Counted from the stretch's first letter, positions 16,533 to 26,929 are shown. The stretch is 53,327 nucleotides of DNA from Clostridia bacterium (GCA_017563195.1 JAFXDO010000037.1:1-53327), one strand, 5' to 3'. Made by a program: numbers and translations. The notes: generated by a model not told the origin, from the letters alone.

Positions 16533-19505
16533 TCAACCGATCTTGTAGGTGCCGAAATAGTGACGACAGATAAGGATGTAGTCGTACTGGTTAACAACGT
16601 TGTCCTTATTAACGTCACCACGGACCATTTCGTCATCGGTAAGATAACGGGTCTCGAAGTAGTGGCGCTTAACGAGGATATAGTCGTACTGATCAACGCT
16701 ACCGTCATTGTTAACGTCACCGAGGATGCCTTCGTCGGGATCGGGATCGGGTTCATCGCCAAGGCGTTCATAGGTGGAGGTGCAGACGTAGCCTGCGTCG
16801 TACCAGTTAAGAGTTGCCGTAGTGGTGGGAACCGTCTTGCCAACCAGGTCGAGATTACCGAAAATGAACTGATCTCCGAGCTTCCATGTCGCAACGATTT
16901 CGATCATATCGAAGCAGTTATCCGAGGTGTAGTTAGGCATATCGGGGAACTGACCAATGGTATCGCCCGTAGAGTTAAGCTTGGGATAGTCGTTACCGGG
17001 GTTGATTGCATAAAGGAATCCGCCCTCGGGGATCGTGGGCATTACTGCCTTACCGGTGCCGATACCGGTATCGTCAATAGCAACAAGCTCATATGCGTTG
17101 GTGCCTGCAACGGGCGCGAATGCGTAGTAGTTGTTCCAGGGAGAGTGAGGAATGGTGCTGTCGGTTACGATTGCGCCTGCACCCTCCTGCTTAACGTTAT
17201 TGAAGTGGGTTATCCAGAGACTGTTTTCGTAAATGGTGGTGTCGTAATCGGGCTCTACTGCGGTAGAGTTGTACATTACGTAGTTAGCGGTGCACTTATA
17301 AGCATCATCATACCAGTAAAGCGTGGGAGTAGTAGTGGGTATAACCTTGGATAAGGTATTGATACCGCTGATCTTCAGCTGATCGCCGATCTTCCAGGTA
17401 AGTGCATCGATGATAGCGGCAGTACAGGTGGGCGAGGTGTAGTCGGTACCGCTGCCGTCCGCGTTGATAGCGGGATAGTTATTACCGTAGTTAAGTGCGT
17501 ATACAAAGCCGCCCGAGGGGATCGAAAGTGCGGTTGCATCGCCGATATCGGTACCGTCGGAAATAGCGGTTACCTCATATACATTAGCAACATCGGTAGG
17601 CTTGAATGCGATGTGGAGCCACCAAGAGCCGCCGGTATATGCCTCGGTGAAGATAACGCCTGCACCCTCATCCTTATTGTTGTTGTAGTGAGTGAGCCAG
17701 AAGGTCTTACCGCCTACAAGCTGCTCGACGTCGGAGCCGCCGACGGTGCCGGAAACGTTGGAATCGGTGGAAACGTAAGCACCTATATTAATGAAGGAGT
17801 AATCGATGTTGATACCGCTGAGATAGATGATATCGCCGGGCTCGAGTGCGCCGACCTTCCTGAAGTTATCGGCACTGTCGCCTACGGGATTGTCCGCACC
17901 GTCTTCCCACGCGTGAGCCGCGATGAGGATCTCGTCAGATGCAAGATTGTAGGTTACGCTCGAATCGCCGTTACCTGCAGCAACCTTCAAAACGGTGTAG
18001 GAGCCGTCTGCATTCTTTCTTGCGACCGCGTTCATAGTCCAAACGAGGTTTGCAGCATCGTATGCAGTGGAGACTGCGCCGTTATTGAACTTGGGCGTGA
18101 AGATCTTGGTTTCGCCTGCCTTGACTGCAGAGTTAACACCGTTGACGTAGATACCGTTATTGATATGCTCAGCGGTATAGCGAGAAACCTCGACCTCGTC
18201 GATCCAGATATGAGATGCGTCGGCATCAAAGTTCTTGATCACAAACTTGACGTATCTTGCGTCGAGCTGAGTATCCGAGGTTGCAGTGATCGTATGATTG
18301 GACCAAGCGGATCCGGGAGAGCCGGTGCCGTTTACGAGAAGTGCCGCTGTAGAGCTTGCCGCCTTTACGTATTCCGAATTATCGGTGGAAACGTAAACGT
18401 CAACGTACATATGCTTGGGAGGAAGGATTCCCCAAAGACCGGACGAGAAGTATACCTTATAGCTGTCGGTCTTTTCGACGTTACCGAGGTCGACAACGAT
18501 CTCGGTGCTGCCGGAAAATCCGGAATAGTAGCTGGTGCCGCCGTCCTTATTGCCCTTCGAGCCGTCGGTAAGACGCTTTCCGTCATCTGCGAAATCGTCG
18601 GTTCTGGTTACGTTGGATGCGGTGTAGGACTTGCCGGTCGAAAGAATGGTTCTCGAGCTGGTGTTAAGGAGAGCATTAACGAGAGCATTCTTAGCTGCGT
18701 CAACCTCGGACTGGGTAGCGGAGCCATTATTGTAAACGGTGACAGCAGAGTCATATGCTACACGAAGAGTCTGAAGGTTGGTAGCGTTGTAATCCTTGTG
18801 AGACACGTAGGACGCACGGTTGATTACGCCTTCAAGAGTAGACTTATCAACGGTGGGAACCTTTTTGGTAGCCGAGAGGAGACAGAACCAGTCAAGCTTA
18901 AGCTTGCCGGTGGAGAGTCTGGACTGAGTTACCCAGCAGTCACCGAGACCGGTCGCACCGTAGGTTGCAGTACCTCTCGAGGAGCTGGGAGCACTGTCGT
19001 AAACGTGGAACTTATTGGTCGAATAGTCGTATCCGACGATAGCGATGAAGTGACCGGGAACGTGACCGATAGCAACACCGCCGTTTGCAAGGTGATTCTT
19101 AAGAGTCGTGCTCGCTGCGGTTGCCCAGTAGCCCGAGCCGCCTGCTACGTCGCAGGTGAAGCCGTAGGTCGCGCCGTACTTCTTCTGAATCTTGGGATAC
19201 AGCGCACTTCTGTCGGTGCCGCCAAATCCTGCGTTAAACGCGCCTATAGAGTTAGCCCATTTAGCCGCGGAATATACTTCGGGAGCGTCACCGGTCAGAT
19301 AACCGATAGCGTTGACCATGGAGAAGATACCGCACGCAGTCGCGTACATGGTTCTTCCGCCTACGTAGTAGTTTTTCCATTTTGCATCCCACTGACGCTG
19401 AATCGTAAATGCAGCGGCGGAAGCGGAAATGGACGTACCCACGAAGATCGTGAGCAGCATCGTTGCAACAAGAAGTAAACAAACTGATCTTTTCAGAAGC
19501 TTCAT
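16533..19505 (-). CDS. Secreted modular protein: C39-like peptidase, FIVAR, F5/8-like domain, tandem unknown repeats, dockerin
   Basis: Signal peptide, Q..W...TACG, GHFIAI, VYD, ATQSEVDAAKNAL, LTDG...VDLG...ARYVKF, duplicated GDVN.D..V.QYDY dockerin. GGAGG RBS at the MKLL start. Confidence 0.8.
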   Translation of the reverse strand: MKLLKRSVCLLLVATMLLTIFVGTSISASAAAFTIQRQWDAKWKNYYVGGRTMYATACGIFSMVNAIGYLTGDAPEVYSAAKWANSIGAFNAGFGGTDRSALYPKIQKKYGATYGFTCDVAGGSGYWATAASTTLKNHLANGGVAIGHVPGHFIAIVGYDYSTNKFHVYDSAPSSSRGTATYGATGLGDCWVTQSRLSTGKLKLDWFCLLSATKKVPTVDKSTLEGVINRASYVSHKDYNATNLQTLRVAYDSAVTVYNNGSATQSEVDAAKNALVNALLNTSSRTILSTGKSYTASNVTRTDDFADDGKRLTDGSKGNKDGGTSYYSGFSGSTEIVVDLGNVEKTDSYKVYFSSGLWGILPPKHMYVDVYVSTDNSEYVKAASSTAALLVNGTGSPGSAWSNHTITATSDTQLDARYVKFVIKNFDADASHIWIDEVEVSRYTAEHINNGIYVNGVNSAVKAGETKIFTPKFNNGAVSTAYDAANLVWTMNAVARKNADGSYTVLKVAAGNGDSSVTYNLASDEILIAAHAWEDGADNPVGDSADNFRKVGALEPGDIIYLSGINIDYSFINIGAYVSTDSNVSGTVGGSDVEQLVGGKTFWLTHYNNNKDEGAGVIFTEAYTGGSWWLHIAFKPTDVANVYEVTAISDGTDIGDATALSIPSGGFVYALNYGNNYPAINADGSGTDYTSPTCTAAIIDALTWKIGDQLKISGINTLSKVIPTTTPTLYWYDDAYKCTANYVMYNSTAVEPDYDTTIYENSLWITHFNNVKQEGAGAIVTDSTIPHSPWNNYYAFAPVAGTNAYELVAIDDTGIGTGKAVMPTIPEGGFLYAINPGNDYPKLNSTGDTIGQFPDMPNYTSDNCFDMIEIVATWKLGDQFIFGNLDLVGKTVPTTTATLNWYDAGYVCTSTYERLGDEPDPDPDEGILGDVNNDGSVDQYDYILVKRHYFETRYLTDDEMVRGDVNKDNVVNQYDYILICRHYFGTYKIG

Positions 19506-19562
19506 TGCAAATACCTCCGTATAATTTTGGGAAACAGAGTTTCCCCTTTTATTAACTATGTA

Positions 19563-19591
19563 ATTATACAATTTTGTGAACAATTTGTCAA
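19563..19591 (-). promoter_or_regulatory. Consensus sigma-A promoter
   Basis: TTGACA-17 bp-TATAAT. Confidence 0.8.
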
Positions 19592-19644
19592 CGCAAAAAG
19601 CCTTTAATTATTTTTTTCGTCAAAAGCAACAAATTTCAAAGGAA

Positions 19645-19671
19645 AAAGTCGGGACAACAGGCCCCGACTTT
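19645..19671 (-). terminator. Intrinsic terminator
   Basis: aaagtcggg-acaacaggc-cccgacttt with a T-run on the minus strand. Confidence 0.7.
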
Positions 19672-19677
19672 GTCTAT

Positions 19678-21129
19678 TTAGTCCTTTAAGAATTCATCGA
19701 GCATAGGCGCAAGCTGCTTTTTGAAGCCGGGTATTGCATCGCGGCTTATCCAGCTCGACCAGAAGGTATAACCACCGAGAGTAAGCGAGCGCGGCGTAGC
19801 CACGTAATTATAATATCCGCCGCACTGATCCACCGGAATCGTCTTCGTGCCGGTAAAGCGAGAGCGCATCCAGATCGACATATCAACCAGACTTTCGCCC
19901 GGTACACCTACAAACAGATATCCGCCGAAGCGAAGCGCGGAAACGTATACCGTTACCTTGTGCGTCCTGAGCTCCTCATCGGTAAAGCCGTACTGTGCAC
20001 CGCGGACCATATGATTGAGGTGTCCCGCGCGCCAGAGATCGTCAATTATACGCTTTACCTCGTATGCGGGACGCTTTTCGGCGACAGCCGCTTCAAATTC
20101 CTTCTGCAGCTCGTTGAATCTGTCCCAGCATTTGGGCATATCGGCATAATTATCGGGAATATCCTCATTCATCGGCATTACGATCTCAAAGGTTTCGGTC
20201 TTGAACACTGCGTCGCAATCAAGCTTGACTGCAGTCTTGTCAAACACCTCACGTATACGCGAGCCGATCGACTTTGCAAGCCGTCTGCACTCTGCCGCAG
20301 AGGTCTCGTAGGTTCCGTGTCCCGGCGAGCAGTCCTTCTTGGTGGCAAGGTCGGCGCAGGGACCGTTTATATACATACCGATACCGCCGTATACCTCAGC
20401 CATATCGTCGGCGAGATATCCCGTCCAGTCGTAATCGTAGTGATACTCGGTCAGGCGATCGGGATTTTCGCTGTGCTCGAAAAGCACGCCGACGTCGGGA
20501 TGCGCCGCAAATCTGGATACGGTACCGATCGTTTCGCCGTTTTTGTTGACGAATCTGAACATATACGCCATCTGATCGACGTTGTTGTCGAAATAAATCG
20601 GCTTATCGAATACGGGAAGCTCGGGCTTATAGCCGCGGAGAAGCATTATATCGGGGTTTTGGGTGAATGCCCTTCCCTGCTCGTCGAATTCCATTCCGCG
20701 CCAGACGGTAACGCCGCCCAAGCCTTCCACGTACTGCTCACGATTGAAGGAATAGTCGGTGCCCATATCGATCTCGGCAGCATAAACGTCGCATTCCTCG
20801 GCACGAGCGATGAGGTCCTTGACGGTTTCGACCGATTTATCGATAAGCTTGTCCATCGCCTCGCCCGCAAGCATATCGTGATAGGGTGCTGCGTGTATCT
20901 GAAGCTCGTGATACCAGACCGATTTTTCGGGAATACCCGTACGCTCGGCAACCTCGCGTCTCCAGCGGTCTGCCTCGCGAGGATACGTCGCGTTGAAGTC
21001 GAATCCGGCGATAAGCACACGCTCGTTTCCCTGCTCAAGATAAATAAATCGTCCGTAAATATCGGTCCCATAGGGCCATTCGGGCTTAAAGGTGCCCTTT
21101 GTTGACATTTTAGCAAAGCTGCATTTCAT
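19678..21129 (-). CDS. Hypothetical protein, neutral/alkaline ceramidase-like fold
   Basis: Degenerate motifs ELQIHAAP (cf. THTHSGP), RFAAHP (cf. NFACHP), GPCADL, VPGESL. Confidence 0.55.
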   Translation of the reverse strand: MKCSFAKMSTKGTFKPEWPYGTDIYGRFIYLEQGNERVLIAGFDFNATYPREADRWRREVAERTGIPEKSVWYHELQIHAAPYHDMLAGEAMDKLIDKSVETVKDLIARAEECDVYAAEIDMGTDYSFNREQYVEGLGGVTVWRGMEFDEQGRAFTQNPDIMLLRGYKPELPVFDKPIYFDNNVDQMAYMFRFVNKNGETIGTVSRFAAHPDVGVLFEHSENPDRLTEYHYDYDWTGYLADDMAEVYGGIGMYINGPCADLATKKDCSPGHGTYETSAAECRRLAKSIGSRIREVFDKTAVKLDCDAVFKTETFEIVMPMNEDIPDNYADMPKCWDRFNELQKEFEAAVAEKRPAYEVKRIIDDLWRAGHLNHMVRGAQYGFTDEELRTHKVTVYVSALRFGGYLFVGVPGESLVDMSIWMRSRFTGTKTIPVDQCGGYYNYVATPRSLTLGGYTFWSSWISRDAIPGFKKQLAPMLDEFLKD

Positions 21130-21143
21130 TTCTGTTTCCCTTT

Positions 21144-22880
21144 CTATCCGAGGATGGGTGTATCGGTAAATTCAATTTCGGGTGCGCCCTTTAAGCCGTC
21201 CGATTCAAATACTACGATCTCATTTCTGCCTGCCTTAAGTAGTGACGCAGGCAGATAGAGCGTCCGCTGAGGTCCGATCTCCCAATATCTGCCGATATTG
21301 AAGCCGTTCACCGTCACGAAGCCCTTCTTGAAATTATCGAGCTTGACAAAGGTATCCGCAGGCTCGTCGACGTCGAGATATCCGCGATAGAAGCAGGAAT
21401 CCTCAACGCAGCCTTCACTCGAATAAACAACCGAATCGAGGTTGTCCATAGGAAGCGGATAAACCTCCCAATTGAAATGTATCTTATTATTGAGCAGACA
21501 TCTGCCCGCAATACCCTTCTTGCGCATCATCTTTGCGCCGAAGTTTGCTCTGCCCATATTCTCGCAAAGCACGGTCAGAACGTCGCCCTCCTTAGCGCTG
21601 ATATCGATCTGAAGAGAATCGTTGATATATACGACTCCGACGAGGGATCTGTTAATATATATCTGTGCTCTGTCGCCAAGGCTTTCAAAGGTGAGGCTCG
21701 CATTTTCGTAGTCGCGGTTAAGACGGGTTCTGTACGCGATATATCCGTAGCCGCAGCCGTAATGCTCCATACAACGCGGAACGTTCGACATAATCGGCTT
21801 GGAAAGCCTGTCATGGTTATCGAAAATACCCGAGGACTCGTCAAGAGAGATCCTTCCGTATGCCTTTTTTCTGCGGTTTTCGGGTATTTCGGGAAGTTCT
21901 TCCTTGCAGTATTTTTTGAATATCTCGCGAAGCGCAAGATACTTCGGGGTGATATCGCCGCATTCGGTAAGCACTGCGTCGTAGTCGTAGCTCGTGACGT
22001 CGGGCAGGAATTTATCAAAGTGGTTCGCGCCGTTCATAAAGCCGAAGTTTGTGCCGCCGATGAACATATACATATTCAGGCTGCCGCGTTTGAGCATATC
22101 GTCGACTGTTTTGCAGTAATCATCGACAGTCGTGGTATGGTGATATCCGTCGCCCCAGGCGTCGAACCAGCCGTCCCACATTTCCATACACATTTTAGGC
22201 ATATCGGGGAACATTTCGTCGTGGTCCCTGAAGCGATTCTCGACGTCAGAGCCGAAGTTGAGCGTGACGAGAGTACCTTCGATCATACCGTCGAGCATAT
22301 CCGCCCTGCTCGTGCCGTCGGATGTGAAAAGAGGAACGTTCATTCCGCGGCGGAGATAGCCCTCCTTCAGATAAGCAAGGTATTCCTTATCATCGCCGTA
22401 GTAGCCGTATTCGTTTTCGCATTGAAGCATTATGACGTTGCCGCCGTTTATCGAAAGCAGCGGGCGTATTTCCTCGAAAAGCCTATCAAGATAGCGGTCG
22501 AAATATTTTATGTAGGTAGGGTTCAAGCAGCGTATCTCCAAATCGGGCTCGGTCTGTATCCACCACGGAAGCCCGCCGAATTCCCATTCCGCGCAAATGT
22601 AAGGACCCGGGCGCACTATCGCCATCAGCCCCTCCTCCTCCGCGGTGCGCAGGAATTTCGCAATGTCGAGTATTCCCGAAAAATCAAAAGCACCCTTCTG
22701 CTTTTCGTGCATGTTCCACGCGCAGTAGGTCTCTACGCAATTACAGCCGAGCGCACGCAGCTTTTTGAAAATATCGCGCCAGGTGTCCGGCAGATTGCGG
22801 AAATAATGAACGGCGCCCGAGATTATCTTTATCGGCTCACCGTCTTTGATAAATTGATTGCCTTGAATTCTGAAATCCAT
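21144..22880 (-). CDS. Beta-galactosidase, GH35
   Basis: ISGAVHYFR, VRPGPYICAEWEFGGLP, QCENEYG, MEMWDGWFDAWG, TSYDYDA, GRYWEIGPQRTLY. Confidence 0.95.
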   Translation of the reverse strand: MDFRIQGNQFIKDGEPIKIISGAVHYFRNLPDTWRDIFKKLRALGCNCVETYCAWNMHEKQKGAFDFSGILDIAKFLRTAEEEGLMAIVRPGPYICAEWEFGGLPWWIQTEPDLEIRCLNPTYIKYFDRYLDRLFEEIRPLLSINGGNVIMLQCENEYGYYGDDKEYLAYLKEGYLRRGMNVPLFTSDGTSRADMLDGMIEGTLVTLNFGSDVENRFRDHDEMFPDMPKMCMEMWDGWFDAWGDGYHHTTTVDDYCKTVDDMLKRGSLNMYMFIGGTNFGFMNGANHFDKFLPDVTSYDYDAVLTECGDITPKYLALREIFKKYCKEELPEIPENRRKKAYGRISLDESSGIFDNHDRLSKPIMSNVPRCMEHYGCGYGYIAYRTRLNRDYENASLTFESLGDRAQIYINRSLVGVVYINDSLQIDISAKEGDVLTVLCENMGRANFGAKMMRKKGIAGRCLLNNKIHFNWEVYPLPMDNLDSVVYSSEGCVEDSCFYRGYLDVDEPADTFVKLDNFKKGFVTVNGFNIGRYWEIGPQRTLYLPASLLKAGRNEIVVFESDGLKGAPEIEFTDTPILG

Positions 22881-23143
22881 ACTTAACTCCCGTTTTTAGG
22901 ATCTTCATAGCTATTATACACGCAAGTAATGCAAATTGCAAATGTTTTCTTCAACGCGCGTGACGATAATACGTGCTGATATTGACATTGATCGGCGCAT
23001 TTTATATACTAAAACTGTGAACAATAAGATTTTTTTGCATTTTTAAAAAATTTCTTATAGACGTTTTTGCTTTTTTTGACATTTATATAGTGAACGGAAA
23101 AATACTCTGCCGTTTAACTAAATATATAACTAGGAGATTGATC

Positions 23144-25939
23144 ATGAAAAAAGCAAAAAGACTCAGCAAACTCGTGTCGTATCTATTGACTCTATGTTTT
23201 CTATTTGCAGCCCTCACTTATGCATTGCCGACATATGTGCTCGGCGAAATCGAAGCTGATTCCGGTGATGATATTTCATCTTCCTCACATGAAAATGTAT
23301 TCGAAAGCAAATTGATTTTGGCTGCAGATGATGTTCCCGAAGTAATAGATTTTGCCGAAGCACAGAAAAAAGGGCACGTTTTAAGACTTCGTGAAAAAGA
23401 GCCCGATGAGCATACGGTTATTTTCCTCAACGATAACAACACCGAAACAATGTATGTTTTCGCAGAACCCATCAAATATACCGATTCAAACGGTAATATT
23501 AAAGACAAAAGCACAACTCTTTCTCTCTCGAATAACGCATATGTTACAGAGCAAAATGATATATGCGTTCGTTTTCCGAACAACGTAAACGATGGCGTTT
23601 CTGTTTCTAAGGACGGCATAAGTATATCCGTCACGCCGATATTCACACAAGGCAACGGTACTATGTCAACAGGTCTACTTGCAAACGACAACATTTCTGC
23701 GAGCGATATCGTTTCAATTGTAAGTGACAATAAAATGACATATGTTAATACATTCGGTCAAGGTGTCGACCTTCAGTACACCCCGCTTTATTCCGGCTTC
23801 AAAGAAGACATCATTCTTGATTCTTACACCGGTGTAAGCGAGTTTTCGTTTGCAGTAAAAACCAACGGACTTTATCCCGTAGAAAACGAAAACGGAAGTG
23901 TAAGCTTTTACGCTCCAGCTACAGACGCAATTAAAGCTGAAATGATGCAGGTTGTCTGCTATGATGCAAATAACCGTTTCGCTGACGGCAGTATAAGAAT
24001 AACACCAGTAAAAGAAAATCAGCTGTATTTATTTACCGTAATTGCAGATGTAAATTTTCTCACCGATGAGAACACAGAATATCCTGTTTCCGTCGACCCT
24101 ACAATAACGCTCAACACCGAATCTGCAATTGAAGACACCGCGGTTTATTCAGGAAAGCCAAACAATAACTATGCAAGTCACAAATACCTCAACGTAGGTT
24201 ACGTAGATTCGACCTATAAGATCGGATATCTGTTTGTAAAATTCCCTACGCTTGCAAGTAATGCGGTATTCAATCAACTCAGCAGTACCGATATCACGTC
24301 CGCTACACTTTCTCTTTATACCGCAAGCGGAGGTAGCGGAGACGAGATTTTACGTTGCTTTCAGCATAATGGCTCCGCATGGGACGTTTCAACTGTAACG
24401 TATAGTAATATCACATTTGGTAGTATGCCCATGGAAATGCCGCGTCCTGACGTGCCTTCAAGCGGCGGCGCAGAAATGCAGATCAATATGCTCGCTCCTG
24501 TGCGAAACTGGGCTAACGACAGCACTATTACAACGCCAAATAAAGGTATTTTTATTGGAAATTACAATAATTCTTCCTCAAGTGAATGTAGGGATTTTTT
24601 AAGCGTTGAATATGCACAGTCTTCCTCATCCAGGGCACAATATATGCCAACATTAGAAATAACCTTTAACAGTTTCTCAAGAATTGTTGTGACAAACTAC
24701 CCCACCACAATGTATACCGGCGAAACCTATGCTTGCGACGCTAAATATATAGTCGATGGGGTCGTTATAGCTACACATAACGGTACCAGTTTTACTTTTA
24801 CTTCAGGTGATACCACCAAACTAACAACAACACAGGGAAATCTAAAAGGTGTATTAACTGCAAAAAAAGCCGGAACTGTTAGAGTTACCGTATCCTTCAA
24901 TGGCGCAAGCACTTATTTTAATGTTCAAATACTGGCCACAGTAGTCAAAAGCGGAGCTTCGCAAGACACTTATACCATTAACAACGATCAACCAAATCCA
25001 TATTGCGATATTGATGCGTATATTTCACGAGGCGCCACTAGTTACGAATATGACCAAGATATAACATATTCTATTTATTCATATGGTGATTACGATGGTG
25101 ACGTTTCGGTCAACGCAAATACAGGTGTGGTCACAGTAACTCACCCCTCGGATCATAATCCTCTATTTGCCCATGAATGTGGCAGTATTACTGTTCGCGC
25201 TACATCACCTTATGCAATCAAAGATATCACAGTAGATATAGATTGTCTTGAACCTCTTGACCAAACCAGCGGTACATCACAGGTGCCGCTATATGACGGA
25301 AGATACATTAGAATAGCCTACCCATCAGAATATACTGATGATGACATAGACAATGAGATTTTTAGAGGTCTTACCGAAGTGTTTAGAAGTTTAGTCGAAG
25401 CATTCTCCCCAGAACGAACATTCGAAAAAATTGATACCAATTTTACTTTCGAAAATGGTTGGTGGCAATACGATGATCCACAGGGATATGGTTACGACCG
25501 CAGATTTTTCGAATTGATTCGAACCTCCAAAGTCGTCTTCATTACCACTCACGGAGAAACCGGAAGCATATCTATTAATACCGCGGGCAATGATGAATAC
25601 AAAATATATGTAGATGATATTTTAGCACTTCATAAGGGCTATTTCAGATATTGCGATTTAATTGTACTTACATCATGCAATGGTGCAACGCCAAGTACAA
25701 ACGCGATGAGTTTAGCAGAGGCTTTTTACGAACGCGGCGCAAAATGCGTCATCGGTTTCGGCTTTAGCATCAGCTATACGAATCACGAAGCATTCGAAAA
25801 TGAATTTTTTAATTATGCTTTAGAGAATAATGCTACGAAAACAGTAGGTGAAATATTGGCAGAAATTAACCCTAATAACAATTTCGAAGGCGAGATTATT
25901 GTTTTCGGAGATGAAGAAATTGTACCGTTTGGAGGCTAA
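23144..25939 (+). CDS. Large secreted protein: WapA/Rhs-type N-terminal region, DNRLRE-like domain, Ig-like domains, C-terminal caspase/CHAT-fold protease-like domain
   Basis: Signal peptide, GFKEDIIL and YPVSVDPT, IEDTAVYSG.PNNNY...ITSATLSLY...PTLEITF, GVLTAKKAGTVRVTV, FITTHG...LIVLTSC. AGGAG RBS. Confidence 0.7.
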   Translation: MKKAKRLSKLVSYLLTLCFLFAALTYALPTYVLGEIEADSGDDISSSSHENVFESKLILAADDVPEVIDFAEAQKKGHVLRLREKEPDEHTVIFLNDNNTETMYVFAEPIKYTDSNGNIKDKSTTLSLSNNAYVTEQNDICVRFPNNVNDGVSVSKDGISISVTPIFTQGNGTMSTGLLANDNISASDIVSIVSDNKMTYVNTFGQGVDLQYTPLYSGFKEDIILDSYTGVSEFSFAVKTNGLYPVENENGSVSFYAPATDAIKAEMMQVVCYDANNRFADGSIRITPVKENQLYLFTVIADVNFLTDENTEYPVSVDPTITLNTESAIEDTAVYSGKPNNNYASHKYLNVGYVDSTYKIGYLFVKFPTLASNAVFNQLSSTDITSATLSLYTASGGSGDEILRCFQHNGSAWDVSTVTYSNITFGSMPMEMPRPDVPSSGGAEMQINMLAPVRNWANDSTITTPNKGIFIGNYNNSSSSECRDFLSVEYAQSSSSRAQYMPTLEITFNSFSRIVVTNYPTTMYTGETYACDAKYIVDGVVIATHNGTSFTFTSGDTTKLTTTQGNLKGVLTAKKAGTVRVTVSFNGASTYFNVQILATVVKSGASQDTYTINNDQPNPYCDIDAYISRGATSYEYDQDITYSIYSYGDYDGDVSVNANTGVVTVTHPSDHNPLFAHECGSITVRATSPYAIKDITVDIDCLEPLDQTSGTSQVPLYDGRYIRIAYPSEYTDDDIDNEIFRGLTEVFRSLVEAFSPERTFEKIDTNFTFENGWWQYDDPQGYGYDRRFFELIRTSKVVFITTHGETGSISINTAGNDEYKIYVDDILALHKGYFRYCDLIVLTSCNGATPSTNAMSLAEAFYERGAKCVIGFGFSISYTNHEAFENEFFNYALENNATKTVGEILAEINPNNNFEGEIIVFGDEEIVPFGG

Positions 25940-25941
25940 TT

Positions 25942-26892
25942 ATGAAAAAAATACTTTGCATAACGTTGATTGCTTTTATCTGCTTAACAGGTTGTAGCAA
26001 AGAGGTTGACCTTGATCAGTTAAAAGGAGATATCTTAATCGGTATACGCGCCGCTAAAATTCCTACAATTAAATGTGAAACTCCGGAGGAATATATCGGC
26101 AGAGGTGCCGACGCTTTCGGCCCCGATAGCGTATTCCAAGAACCACCGTTTCAAGCAGAAAACGAAACGTATGGATTTATTGAACAATACAACGTGAGTC
26201 CTCGCTGGTTATATGAAGACTACGAACGCTTAACCGGCGAAACAATTGTTGATCTTACCGGCGAGGATTCTAACGGTGTACTTCGTATTGTTTTTGGAAA
26301 AAACTCAGGCGAGATTTATTCATTGAAAAGAAACATTCAAAAAGAAGGAGAAGAAATCACACAAGAGGAAGCTCTCGACATTGCGAAATCGTTCATACAA
26401 AATACGCTCATAACGGATTATAACAAAAAATTCGACCTATCAAACTACGAACTAATCACAGCCGATAACAAAGAATCATCTCCAAACTATTATTATTTCT
26501 ATTGGTTTTGGAAAAAAAACAACGTCACTTTTCATGACTTTTCCATCACCGTTTCAGAATACGGTGACGTCATTAAATTTGACGCAAGACCGATTTTCAA
26601 CACAAAATTATTAAAAAAAATCCCCGATATAACCGAAGAACAATATTGCAACATTATTCACGGTATTTTAACAGACTTTTACAAACAGACCGAGGAATCG
26701 TTCGAACTGGACGTTCAGTTAAACAGATCTCAGAGAACCGCATCTGAATATGAAATCCTACGCATAGTACGACTTTTTTCACCCGAAATATATGCTATTG
26801 AAATTGACGCGAAATGGACTGTATCGACTCCCGATGGCAGAAGCGATACAGGTCAGCAGCACTTTTATCTGCCGATTGCAGATGCGGAATAA
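25942..26892 (+). CDS. Lipoprotein with PepSY/YcdB-like motif, putative cognate inhibitor or immunity protein
   Basis: Lipobox CLTGC, ITQEEALDIAKSFI, starts 2 nt after the upstream stop. Confidence 0.7.
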   Translation: MKKILCITLIAFICLTGCSKEVDLDQLKGDILIGIRAAKIPTIKCETPEEYIGRGADAFGPDSVFQEPPFQAENETYGFIEQYNVSPRWLYEDYERLTGETIVDLTGEDSNGVLRIVFGKNSGEIYSLKRNIQKEGEEITQEEALDIAKSFIQNTLITDYNKKFDLSNYELITADNKESSPNYYYFYWFWKKNNVTFHDFSITVSEYGDVIKFDARPIFNTKLLKKIPDITEEQYCNIIHGILTDFYKQTEESFELDVQLNRSQRTASEYEILRIVRLFSPEIYAIEIDAKWTVSTPDGRSDTGQQHFYLPIADAE

Positions 26893-26929
26893 ACCGATTA
26901 CGCGTAGCGATAACTTAGCAAACAGCATC

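Noticed and set aside
14607-19478. Very long antisense ORFs (14607-16262, 17613-19478; likewise 21477-22886 and 46640-48433)
   Set aside because: They mirror well-supported genes on the opposite strand, have no recognisable motifs, and are expected shadows of codon bias
19574-19591. Rex-like palindrome TTGTGAA-caat-TTGTCAA
   Set aside because: The right half is simply the -35 box of the peptidase/dockerin gene promoter and the target is not redox-related, so probably coincidental
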